This document shows positions 46,451 to 53,830 of a stretch of 64,000 bases of DNA, piece by piece. The translations under genes and the position numbers were made by a program. The stretch lies in the NCBI GenBank assembly GCA_043815665.1, contig JBDRIT010000025.1, forward strand, positions 145,490 to 209,489, written 5' to 3'. The first letter of the stretch is position 1; each line of letters starts with the position of its first letter. The notes under the pieces are model-generated. The model did no database searches. It was not told the DNA's origin and saw only the letters and a list, made by a program, of their open reading frames with translations. The stretch is from Pseudomonadota bacterium (lineage in GTDB: Bacteria; Myxococcota_A; UBA9042; CAIXZC01).

Positions 46451-47863
46451 GGTGCCGCAGCTCTTGAAGCAGATGGGATCGTAGCTGCACTCGCAGCCGG
46501 TGAAGTTCGGGACGCAGGTGGTGTCCAGGGTCGGGTCCTTCTCGTCCCCTGCGATGAACTTGGGGAAGGGGTTGTCATCGCCCAGGATCCACCCGAGGAG
46601 CTCCGGCGACGCGTAGTCGAAGAGCGTCATCCCCATGATCTCCCCGGCGACCCCCACGTAGGCCTCGACGCCCCACTCCAGGACCCACCAGGGCAGGGCC
46701 TTGTTCAGCAGGTCCTTGATGCCGGCCCGGAGCTGGATGTACACGTCGGCCTGCACGTAGGGGCCGGCCACGCCGAAGATCTTGGCCGCCAGCTTGAGCC
46801 CGGAGTAGACCTTGACCAGGGCCTCGATCCCGAACTCGGGCTCGGTGTAGTCGAAGGATCCGTCGAAGTTGGAGTAGGGGTTGAACCCGTCCCCGCTGTC
46901 CCCGTAGTCCCGGTAGTCGATGCCGACCTCGACGCTGATGCTCGACGTCACCGTGGTCTCGAGGGTGAAGAAGACGCCGACCTCCCAGGCGAGGAACAGC
47001 TCGAGGCTGATGTTCAGCGGGACCGGCCCGATCATGAGCGTTCCGAGGTTCAACGTGGCGAGGGTCTGGCTCCCCTCCATCTTCAAGACGGGCGCCTTGA
47101 TGAGGAAGTCGAGCTCACTCTCCGCCTCGACGAGGGTGCCGACCCGCAGGTGGTAGAGCTGCAGGAGGATGCCGATGTCGATGTCGAACTGGAGGGTCAT
47201 CCCGAAGTCGATGGTCCCGCCGACGGTGATCTGGTCCGTCGTCGTGGCCGAGTTGGCGTCCGCGTCGAAGATCACGATGGGCGGGAAGGTGATTGAGAAC
47301 AGGTCGCCGCCGAGCTCGCTGTACCCGGCGTACAGGGACAACACCGGGGAGCGCTTGACCTCCAGGCCGTCGATCTTGGTCTCGTAGTTGTCCATGTCCT
47401 CGTAGCGGGCGTTGCGCACCAGCTCGATGTGGAGCTCGTCGAAGGCCTCCTCGAGGGTCGCCGGCTCGGTCTCCACGCTGACGGTGCCGTCGGGGTTCAC
47501 GGTCTTGGACTTGACCTTGAACAGCCCGCCCTGGGGCGTCTTGGACGAGGGCCCGAACATCAGGACGTTCCCCTCCACCGCGTCGGCCACCAGGGGGGAG
47601 TCCGCGGCGAGGACCATGGCCCCCGCCGTCCCGGACACGGGGATCGAGAGGACCGTGGCCTCGACCTCATCGGGCAGCATCGTGCGGGTGGTCGCCGGCA
47701 GCTCGTACTCGACCTTCATCACCTCGTCGAGGCCCTTGGGCTTCTTCTTGAGCTGGACCGCTCCGTGCTCCTCGTCGGAGCACGCTGCGACGCCGAGGAG
47801 CAGGGCCAGACCAAGGATCCCGGAAAGCAGATGAATCGTGCGTCGCATGGTGTTCTCCATCAT
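42926..47863 (-). CDS. Giant Cys-rich repeat lipoprotein (1645 aa): ~470-aa N-terminal domain followed by a hierarchical array of C-P-x-D-C-G-x-C-C-G-N-G-x-C modules
   Basis: Lipobox ALLLGVAAC. One nucleotide separates it from the upstream OMP gene's stop. Six ~22-aa units, then five to six ~88-aa super-repeats, then four ~55-aa units. ~25% Cys. Confidence 0.8.
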   Translation of the reverse strand: MMENTMRRTIHLLSGILGLALLLGVAACSDEEHGAVQLKKKPKGLDEVMKVEYELPATTRTMLPDEVEATVLSIPVSGTAGAMVLAADSPLVADAVEGNVLMFGPSSKTPQGGLFKVKSKTVNPDGTVSVETEPATLEEAFDELHIELVRNARYEDMDNYETKIDGLEVKRSPVLSLYAGYSELGGDLFSITFPPIVIFDADANSATTTDQITVGGTIDFGMTLQFDIDIGILLQLYHLRVGTLVEAESELDFLIKAPVLKMEGSQTLATLNLGTLMIGPVPLNISLELFLAWEVGVFFTLETTVTSSISVEVGIDYRDYGDSGDGFNPYSNFDGSFDYTEPEFGIEALVKVYSGLKLAAKIFGVAGPYVQADVYIQLRAGIKDLLNKALPWWVLEWGVEAYVGVAGEIMGMTLFDYASPELLGWILGDDNPFPKFIAGDEKDPTLDTTCVPNFTGCECSYDPICFKSCGTCESTHFCQDRKCLPYCGDLFCDSAKGENALTCPADCGVHCGDGVCTPGELESCPQDCSTLCGNGKCDEASGESPCNCTEDCGHCCVNGECNGMENQVNCPEDCGLACGNYTCDLTEDCITCPQDCGPCCPNGVCAANENCGTCPQDCGICCGDGKCEPGKGESCSTCKQDCGDCCGDGQCKAAQGETCLTCVPDCGQCCGNGQCDNGEKCGTCPQDCGLCCGNQQCEANFNESSCSCEADCIDNPNTCSSCQCGTSGGSCSCAPDCGLTGNCCANICSSCGLCVVCGDGQCTGAESCKSCPADCGPCCGNGVCQPQQNETSCSCPADCPDDLDTCSPCQCGGSGDACKCGPSCVLTGDCCANACTACGSCPAVCGGGACAATEGCGTCPADCGSCCGNGICQAALGEDSCSCPTDCPDDLDSCSACQCGGNGGSCWCDDLCHVTNSCCADACDTCGACPPECGDGACEEGETCTSCPGDCGSCCGNGACEAKYQENSCSCPADCPDNPNSCSACQCGDTGGSCDCSPDCVQLGTCCANACGLCGACPAVCGNGSCEYGETCSGCPIDCGPCCGNGLCEVQHQEDSCSCLADCPDDPETCSACECGGTGGNCACDAACIATGTCCANDCQLCGNCAPACGDGQCNGDETCQACPQDCGDCCGNGLCEPGYGEDSCSCPVECPDDPLSCSPCNCGGSGGSCSCAPSCVATGNCCADSCDACGVCVPECGDGQCNGKENSCSCPADCPDDPSTCSLCECGGSGGTCGCGPDCVDAGNCCVNACLLCGVCPPTCGDGVCNGDETSCDCPLDCPDDPYACSPCECDGSGGVCDCSEACILAGTCCPDSCDTCGYCPPTCGEFGCEVDKGETLCSCAEDCGDPCAGIECDADPVCGFGCGTCAVDEYCDAGACLLLCGNGLCDPSETLCTCPLDCGDPCVDVECGVDPVCGVECPACPQYLTCDGGTCVTVCGNGQCQPGETKCNCPEDCGQPCANKTCGTEPVCGEFCGTCSNGYTCSGNNCYPICGNGQCQAGETKCTCPQDCGQPCAGRVCGNDPVCGVYCGVCPDQNKQYCGYDGKCYLACGNQNCESQFKETMCNCPQDCGYVYPGGKGCPGCCAPNFQNLTYQGWMTGCHYRHEQSNGYCGAKAGTCQDCGHSGTWYCWPGDPDGYGGYCGPAN

Positions 47864-47864
47864 G

Positions 47865-48788
47865 TCAGTTCTCCACCCGCTGCCGGGGCTCCCAGGCTAC
47901 GTGCAGCATCGCTTCCCAGGCCGCGGAGCCCGCCAGATCACCGAACCCGGCGCCGCCGGCGACGCCGATCATCAAGTCTGAACCCGCACGCACCTGCAGG
48001 CCGCCGCGGATCGCGGTGGCGAGGGACCGCTCGCCGGTGAACGCAGAGTCCACCAGGGTGCGGGTCTGGCTGCTCAGAAGGAGCTCCAGGCGATCCCGCA
48101 GGATGGGGATCCGAAGGCCGATCCCCAGGAGCAGCTCGTCGCTCACGGGCGGGGTGAACTCCCGCGCTGCCTTGCGGGCCAGGTAGCCCACGTTGAGGGC
48201 CACGATGAAGCCCTTGATCTGGTAGTCCAGGATCAGCCGCGTGACCGACGTCGGCGCGTCCGCGCCGAAGAGCTTGTCCCCCACGGAGGTCGGCAGGGTC
48301 AGGTCCTGGGCCACCCCGAGGCCGAAGCCCTTGTTGTGGTTGTCCCAGAACTTCGCCTTGAAGGAGAGCCTGAGATCGCCCAGGCCTGCCCCGGCGACCT
48401 GCGTCCACGCTGGATTGACCAGCGCGGGATCCCCGCCCGCTGAGTGGAGCAGCACCGGCAGATCGATGCCGACGCTGGCCAGGCCGAAGAGAGGCAGCGC
48501 GACCTGGAGGTCACCGACGAGCTGGTCGCCCACCAGGGCCACCTCACCCTCGCCCTCGAAGCCCACCGCGACCAGGGGGTCCTTGCGGTAGGTAAACCAC
48601 ACACCCCCGGAGACCCCAAGGTGGGGCCCGACCCGGGTCGTCACCGTGTCGAGGATGTCCCCGGCGTGAGGAGAGGGCTGGAAGTCATCGACGTTGATCT
48701 TCGGGTTGCCTGCATGGGCGAGCGGGCCCGCACAGACACAGAAGATCGTGACAAGAGCCAAGAGGGTACAGTTCGCAGGTCGCACCAT
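47865..48788 (-). CDS. Outer-membrane beta-barrel protein, paralogous to the N-terminal domain of the OmpA-family gene; first gene of the operon
   Basis: Signal peptide MVRPANCTLLALVTIFCVCAGPLAHAG. NPKINVDDFQPSPHAGDIL parallels PKLNVQHFEASPHAGDLM of the OmpA gene. ATG at 48788 preceded by aaggcggtgg. Confidence 0.65.
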   Translation of the reverse strand: MVRPANCTLLALVTIFCVCAGPLAHAGNPKINVDDFQPSPHAGDILDTVTTRVGPHLGVSGGVWFTYRKDPLVAVGFEGEGEVALVGDQLVGDLQVALPLFGLASVGIDLPVLLHSAGGDPALVNPAWTQVAGAGLGDLRLSFKAKFWDNHNKGFGLGVAQDLTLPTSVGDKLFGADAPTSVTRLILDYQIKGFIVALNVGYLARKAAREFTPPVSDELLLGIGLRIPILRDRLELLLSSQTRTLVDSAFTGERSLATAIRGGLQVRAGSDLMIGVAGGAGFGDLAGSAAWEAMLHVAWEPRQRVEN

Positions 48789-48874
48789 GGGGTCCACCGC
48801 CTTCGTGTCAGACTCAGCGCAGAACGCGAGGCGAATTTATCCTGCCTGCTCAATGAAAAGACAATAGACGCCGT

Positions 48875-48911
48875 AGAATGTCCGAAACGGCTGGCAGAAC
48901 GTCCGAAACGC
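48875..48911. promoter_or_regulatory. Direct repeat AGAAYGTCCGAAACG x2 with 21-bp phasing, ~90-120 nt upstream of the operon start and downstream of the AraC-HTH regulator gene
   Basis: agaatgtccgaaacgg (48875-48890) and agaacgtccgaaacgc (48896-48911), read directly from the sequence. Confidence 0.35.
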
Positions 48912-48942
48912 CACAGCGCTGCGCCCACCGTGGCCGATCAAG

Positions 48943-51900
48943 TCACGTGACCCGGTCCCCCGATGGCGGGTGGCCGTACCAGGCAGAGTAGACCTGTGAG
49001 AAGTAGCTGGCGCTCATCCCCACCCTTGCGGCCACCTCTGCCGACGTGTCGAATTCCCCGGATCTCAGCATGGAGCGCGCCTCCTCCAGGCGCAGCTGGC
49101 GGACGAGCTGGACCGGCCCGAAGCCTGTGGCCTCCCGACACCGCCGCTGGAGCTGCCGGGGACTCAGGGCCATCTCCCGCGCCAGGGCCGGCACGGAGAA
49201 CTCAGGATCGGCCAGGTGGACCAGCACGATGGAGCGGAACTTCTCCCAGAAGACCCGGCCCGCCGGCGTCACCTTTATCCCCTCCGGTGACTCTGCCCCG
49301 GCCGCAGTCACAGCGGACGTGCCTGCAGCAACGTCGACCCCCGAACGAACGATCTGGTTGCGTACCCGCGAGAGGAGATCCTTGATCCCGAAGGGCTTCG
49401 CCAGGTAGTCATCGGCGACGGCCAGCCCCTCGGCGCTCGCACCGGGGCCGGACCGCGCCGAGATCAGCACGACCCGCACCTCCGCCAGCTGGGGATTCGA
49501 CCGGATCGCCGCCGCAAGCTCCAGGCCGTCCATCCGAGGCATCATGATATCCGACACCACCACCCGGGGCCGCTCCCTGCGAACGAACTCGAGGGCCTCC
49601 CGACCGTCCCTGGCCTGGGCCACCCGACCGAGGCCGGTGAGGTGTGAGGCGAGGTAGGACCGCATGTCCTCGTTGTCCTCCACCACCAGCACGAGGGGCT
49701 CGTCTTCGCCCCGGTCTTCCCCGTCACCCTGGATTTCAGCCGACGGGACAGCCCCACCCGAGGCCTCCGCCTCGAGCTGATCCAGGGTGAGGTGCTGCAC
49801 CCCCATGGGCAGGCGGACCAGGAAGCGGCACCCCGTCCCCTCGGCGTCATCGAATCCGATCTGCCCGCCGTGGAGCTCGACCAGCTCCCGGCAGAGGGAG
49901 AGCCCGATGCCCATTCCCTGGGGTCTCCATCCCTGTCTGGGCACCTGGCAGAAGCGCTCGAAGATCCGCTCCCTCGCGGCGACGGGGATTCCGGGCCCGG
50001 TGTTGAGGACGGTCAGCGTCACGTACGCTGTGCCCCACCCGTCCTCCTCCTGGCCGGGAGCCGGTCCATGGGTCGAGACCAGGACGCGTCCTCCCCGGGG
50101 GGTGTGCTGCAGGGCATTGGTCACGAGATTGGACAGCACCGTTTCCATGAGATCCGCGTCGAAGTACAGCGACAACTCCCCCGGTCCCGTGTCCGCAGCG
50201 AAGTCCAGGCCCCGGTCAGCCGCGTCGACCTCGAAGCGCTCGACGGTTCGCCGCACGAAGGCGGCGAAGTCCTGCCTGCGGGTTCTGAGCCTCATCGCGC
50301 TGCCGTCCAGGAGGGCGACCTTCACGAGCTGTCCGATCAGCTCGTGAAGGCGTGTCGCGTTTCTCCGGATCACGTCCAGGGTTCGAAGCTCCTCGCCGCC
50401 CGTGCCCCCCAGACAGGCCGCCAGATCCTCCAGGGGCCCCAACACCAGGGCGATGGGGGTCTTGAGCTCGTGGGACACGTTCGCGAGGAACCGGGTCTTC
50501 ATCCGGTCGGTCTCTTCCAGCCGCCGGGCCTGGTCTTCCAGGGTCCCTTCCCGTGCCTTCAGCAGGGCGGTTGCCTCCCTGACCTGGACCTCGAGCTCCC
50601 GCTTCCGACGGCGCAGCCGCCGCGTCCGCTGCCACGCCAGGGCGCCGACCAACACCAGGCCGGCGAAGACCAGCAACGCAATGAACATCCAGGTCTCGTT
50701 GAACGCGGGCCTGCGGTGGACGTCCAGCCGCACCGGCTCCCCCCAATCCAGGAGCCCGGCCTGGACCTCGAAGGTGTATCCACCCGGGGGCAGGTTCGTC
50801 CAGGAGGCGACGCGCCCGGCCCCGGGTGCGCTCCAGGCATCGTCGAAGCCCGCCAGCCGGTAGCGGAACCTCACGTCCTCGGGCCAGACCAGCTCCGGGC
50901 AGTGCCAGCGCACGGAGAAGCCCCTCTCCTCGGGCTCGAGGACGATCCGCTCCGGGATGTCGGACGGATCGACGGTCCGATCACCGTACGTGATGGTCTC
51001 GATGGCCGCCCGGGGAGGGGGCGGCGTCGGGAAGCTCTCCGGGCGCACGCCGGAGAGCCCCACCTGCGTCGGATACCAGAGGAGGCCGTCGGGGGATCCC
51101 GCCAGGGCGGGCTGCATGTATCCGTTGGCTTCGCCGGACGCCATGCCGTCACTCTGGTCCAGGGTCAGCGCGAGGACGTGGTCCCGGTCTGAGGAGAAGT
51201 ACGCCTCCAGCACCGCCCGCTCGAGGATCGAGATGCCCCGGTTGCTGCTCAACCAGATCCGTCCGAGCCGATCTTCGGCTACGGAGTGGATGGTGTCGTC
51301 GGGCAGGCCGGCCGCCCGGCTCACGCACACCCTGGGCCCCGCGGTCATCCCATCCTGCCCCAGACCCACCCTGCAGAGGCCGGAGTCGTCGGTGCCCAGC
51401 CAGGCAACACCGCCGCGGTCGACGGTGACGAAGCGGATGCCGACGCTCCCGAGGCCCGGGTCCGGGCTGAAGGACTCCCGCTCCCCCGACCGATACCGCA
51501 CGAGCCCGCGATCCCGGGTCGCGATCAGCACCGACCCGTCAGGGGCCTCGGCGAACATCCGCACGGTGTCGGAGCCCAGGTCACCGCCCCCCGCCACCCG
51601 CCTCGACGTCCAGGAGCCCCCCTGCTCCTCGATGTTCCAGAGACCGCCCGTGATGTTCGAGTACCAGATCTTCCCGGTCGCGTCCTGGTAGCCAGGCCCC
51701 CGCTGCCAGTTCATGTCACCGAGGGGCGGCAGGGGCACGCACCGGTCCCCGTCCACCTGGCAGATCCCGCCGTTCGAAGGAATCCACACGCGCCCGTCCC
51801 GCAGCAGGATGGGTGGATACGCCGTGATCTTCGCTCCCGCGTCGGGCACGCTGGTTCCGGTCACCGCGATGCGCGTGGCCCCTCCGGCCCCGATCCGCAC

Positions 51901-53085
51901 CACCCCGGCGTCTCCTTCAGAGACCCAGAAGTCGCCCGACCCGTCGATGGAGACGGCGCGGACGTTGCCATCCCCGAGGCCGTCAGAATGACCGAGGGAC
52001 AACACCGGTGACGGGCGGAGGCGCAGCAGTCCCTGTCCCTCCGCGGCCACCCACAGATGCCCCATGTCGTCGACGAAGAGCCGGTTGACCCGGTCGATCC
52101 CCCCGGCCAGGCGCACCCCGTCTCTCCAGATCGCCTGGTCCGAGTGCTCCCACAGATGCCCATCAGCAAAGAGCGCGGGGAGCCGCCGGCTGTTGATGGG
52201 GCCCGGCGGTGCAGTGGGCGCCACTGGAGGGACCAGCCGCCCGCCGGACACCCCCCACCAGCGGGTGGACGACCGGGCCAGGACCTCGCCCGAGGGGCCC
52301 TCCAGCACCTGCAGGAAGGGGTCGTCCTCCGCACCCCTCGGCCCGGGCAGCCGCACGACCTCGTCACCGTCCACCCGCAGCAGGCCGTGCGCGCTGGTGA
52401 TGTACACGGCGCCGTCGTCCATCACGAAGGGCCTTCCATGGGGTTCCCGGGCGTACAGCCCCAGGAGGGAAAGCCCCTGCGGCGCTCCCGTCACGGGCAG
52501 ATGATGGAGGATGTCGCTGTTTCCGTTGACCCACAGGTCCCCCGACCGCGTCCCGTCGAGGACCCGCAGCGGGCCGGGGCTGAGCCCCCGCCCGAGCACC
52601 TCCGGCGCGCCGTCGCCGAGCAGGTACACCTCGTCGTACAGGGCGAGCACCCTCCCGCGGCCCTTCCACAGCCAGAGGGTCCGCCCCTCCTGGGGCCGGG
52701 GAAGGCTCCAGGAGGAGAAGCCGTCCGCGGTCATGCGGATGAGCTTGCCGGTCTCGCCCGCGATCCACAGGGCGCCGTCGTCGCCGACCTCGAGGTTGTA
52801 CAAGCGGTTGGTCAGCAGCTCCGGGGTGTCCGCCCGGCGGTGGATCCGGACCTCGAGGCCGTCGAACCGCACCAGGCCGTCGAAGGTGGCCAGCCAGACG
52901 TTGCCGTCAGGCGTCTGGGCCACATCCTCCACGTGGGACAGGGGCAGGCCGTCGTCCAGGGTCCACCGATCGACCAGCCACCCCGATGCTGGAGATCGTG
53001 AGGTCGTCCTTGCTGCCGTCGGGAGCGCTGGGAAGAGCAAGGACAGGGCCATGGCGAAGAGCGCGATTCCCCACCGATGGCCCAT
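48943..53085 (-). CDS. Hybrid two-component system sensor/regulator: periplasmic Reg_prop beta-propeller + Y_Y_Y + TM + HisKA/HATPase + receiver + AraC-type HTH
   Basis: gcaaggagcaggATG. Signal peptide MGHRWGIALFAMALSLLFPALPTAA. SHELKTP H-box, GMGIGLSL G-box, REC (VVSDIMMPRMDG...LAKPF), C-terminal AraC HTH. Confidence 0.85.
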   Translation of the reverse strand: MGHRWGIALFAMALSLLFPALPTAARTTSRSPASGWLVDRWTLDDGLPLSHVEDVAQTPDGNVWLATFDGLVRFDGLEVRIHRRADTPELLTNRLYNLEVGDDGALWIAGETGKLIRMTADGFSSWSLPRPQEGRTLWLWKGRGRVLALYDEVYLLGDGAPEVLGRGLSPGPLRVLDGTRSGDLWVNGNSDILHHLPVTGAPQGLSLLGLYAREPHGRPFVMDDGAVYITSAHGLLRVDGDEVVRLPGPRGAEDDPFLQVLEGPSGEVLARSSTRWWGVSGGRLVPPVAPTAPPGPINSRRLPALFADGHLWEHSDQAIWRDGVRLAGGIDRVNRLFVDDMGHLWVAAEGQGLLRLRPSPVLSLGHSDGLGDGNVRAVSIDGSGDFWVSEGDAGVVRIGAGGATRIAVTGTSVPDAGAKITAYPPILLRDGRVWIPSNGGICQVDGDRCVPLPPLGDMNWQRGPGYQDATGKIWYSNITGGLWNIEEQGGSWTSRRVAGGGDLGSDTVRMFAEAPDGSVLIATRDRGLVRYRSGERESFSPDPGLGSVGIRFVTVDRGGVAWLGTDDSGLCRVGLGQDGMTAGPRVCVSRAAGLPDDTIHSVAEDRLGRIWLSSNRGISILERAVLEAYFSSDRDHVLALTLDQSDGMASGEANGYMQPALAGSPDGLLWYPTQVGLSGVRPESFPTPPPPRAAIETITYGDRTVDPSDIPERIVLEPEERGFSVRWHCPELVWPEDVRFRYRLAGFDDAWSAPGAGRVASWTNLPPGGYTFEVQAGLLDWGEPVRLDVHRRPAFNETWMFIALLVFAGLVLVGALAWQRTRRLRRRKRELEVQVREATALLKAREGTLEDQARRLEETDRMKTRFLANVSHELKTPIALVLGPLEDLAACLGGTGGEELRTLDVIRRNATRLHELIGQLVKVALLDGSAMRLRTRRQDFAAFVRRTVERFEVDAADRGLDFAADTGPGELSLYFDADLMETVLSNLVTNALQHTPRGGRVLVSTHGPAPGQEEDGWGTAYVTLTVLNTGPGIPVAARERIFERFCQVPRQGWRPQGMGIGLSLCRELVELHGGQIGFDDAEGTGCRFLVRLPMGVQHLTLDQLEAEASGGAVPSAEIQGDGEDRGEDEPLVLVVEDNEDMRSYLASHLTGLGRVAQARDGREALEFVRRERPRVVVSDIMMPRMDGLELAAAIRSNPQLAEVRVVLISARSGPGASAEGLAVADDYLAKPFGIKDLLSRVRNQIVRSGVDVAAGTSAVTAAGAESPEGIKVTPAGRVFWEKFRSIVLVHLADPEFSVPALAREMALSPRQLQRRCREATGFGPVQLVRQLRLEEARSMLRSGEFDTSAEVAARVGMSASYFSQVYSAWYGHPPSGDRVT

Positions 53086-53374
53086 CCTGCTCCTTGCGTG
53101 CATGTGTGTGGGCCAAAGTGCCCCATCCGATGTGGGGGTGGCCCTGCACTCCGCGGTTCCTCCGAATCATCCCATGCCCTCCGACAAATTCAAGCCCTAT
53201 CAACTCTTCCACTGGCACTCCCTCTTGCATGGCGCGCCGGAGGAGCGTATAGAATGCGCACGTCCATCCCGGACTGCGGCGAAGGAAAGACGCCACGACA
53301 CCCAGGCAACAACAGGCGACGGCAGCGCTCCGCATCGAAGCCTTCGAGCTCTCCTCCCTCGTGGATACCACCCC

Positions 53375-53830
53375 GTGAGCGTGGAGATCCAGCCCCTCCA
53401 TGATCTCGACTCGATCCGCCAGCTGATCCGCATCCACGACGCGGCCTGGAAGGGCTCCACGGGGATCCTGGACCTCCTGAGGAACTCCACCACCTGTCTG
53501 CTCGCTCGGGGTCCCCGGGGCCGCATCGTGGCGTACCTCTTCCTCGAGGAGGACCGGTCCCGGGGCTTCTTCGAGATCCAGGACGTGGTGGTGCACCGCC
53601 GCCACCGCCGCAAGGGCTACGGGCGCCTCATCGTGGAGGCGGCCATGGCCCGCTGCTGCGCGCTCAAGCTCCTGGCCAGCGCCAACAAGCCCGGCCTGCT
53701 GCATTTCTACAGCGGCCTCGGGTTCGAGGTAGAGCACCGCATCGAGAACTACTACGACGTGGGGGACGACGCGGTCCGCATGAGCTGGCGAGGTGCGTCG
53801 CCCTCCGGCGGAGGCGCGGCCAATCAGTAG
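53375..53830 (+). CDS. GNAT family N-acetyltransferase
   Basis: Acetyl-CoA-binding region VVVHRRHRRKGYGRLIV. GTG start. ~151 aa. Confidence 0.7.
   Translation: MSVEIQPLHDLDSIRQLIRIHDAAWKGSTGILDLLRNSTTCLLARGPRGRIVAYLFLEEDRSRGFFEIQDVVVHRRHRRKGYGRLIVEAAMARCCALKLLASANKPGLLHFYSGLGFEVEHRIENYYDVGDDAVRMSWRGASPSGGGAANQ

Noticed and set aside
53213-53229. Sigma54-like motif TGGCAC-N6-TTGCA upstream of the GNAT gene
   Set aside because: The spacing between the GG and GC elements is one nucleotide longer than the strict -24/-12 consensus, and no enhancer-binding protein gene is nearby. It is probably fortuitous.
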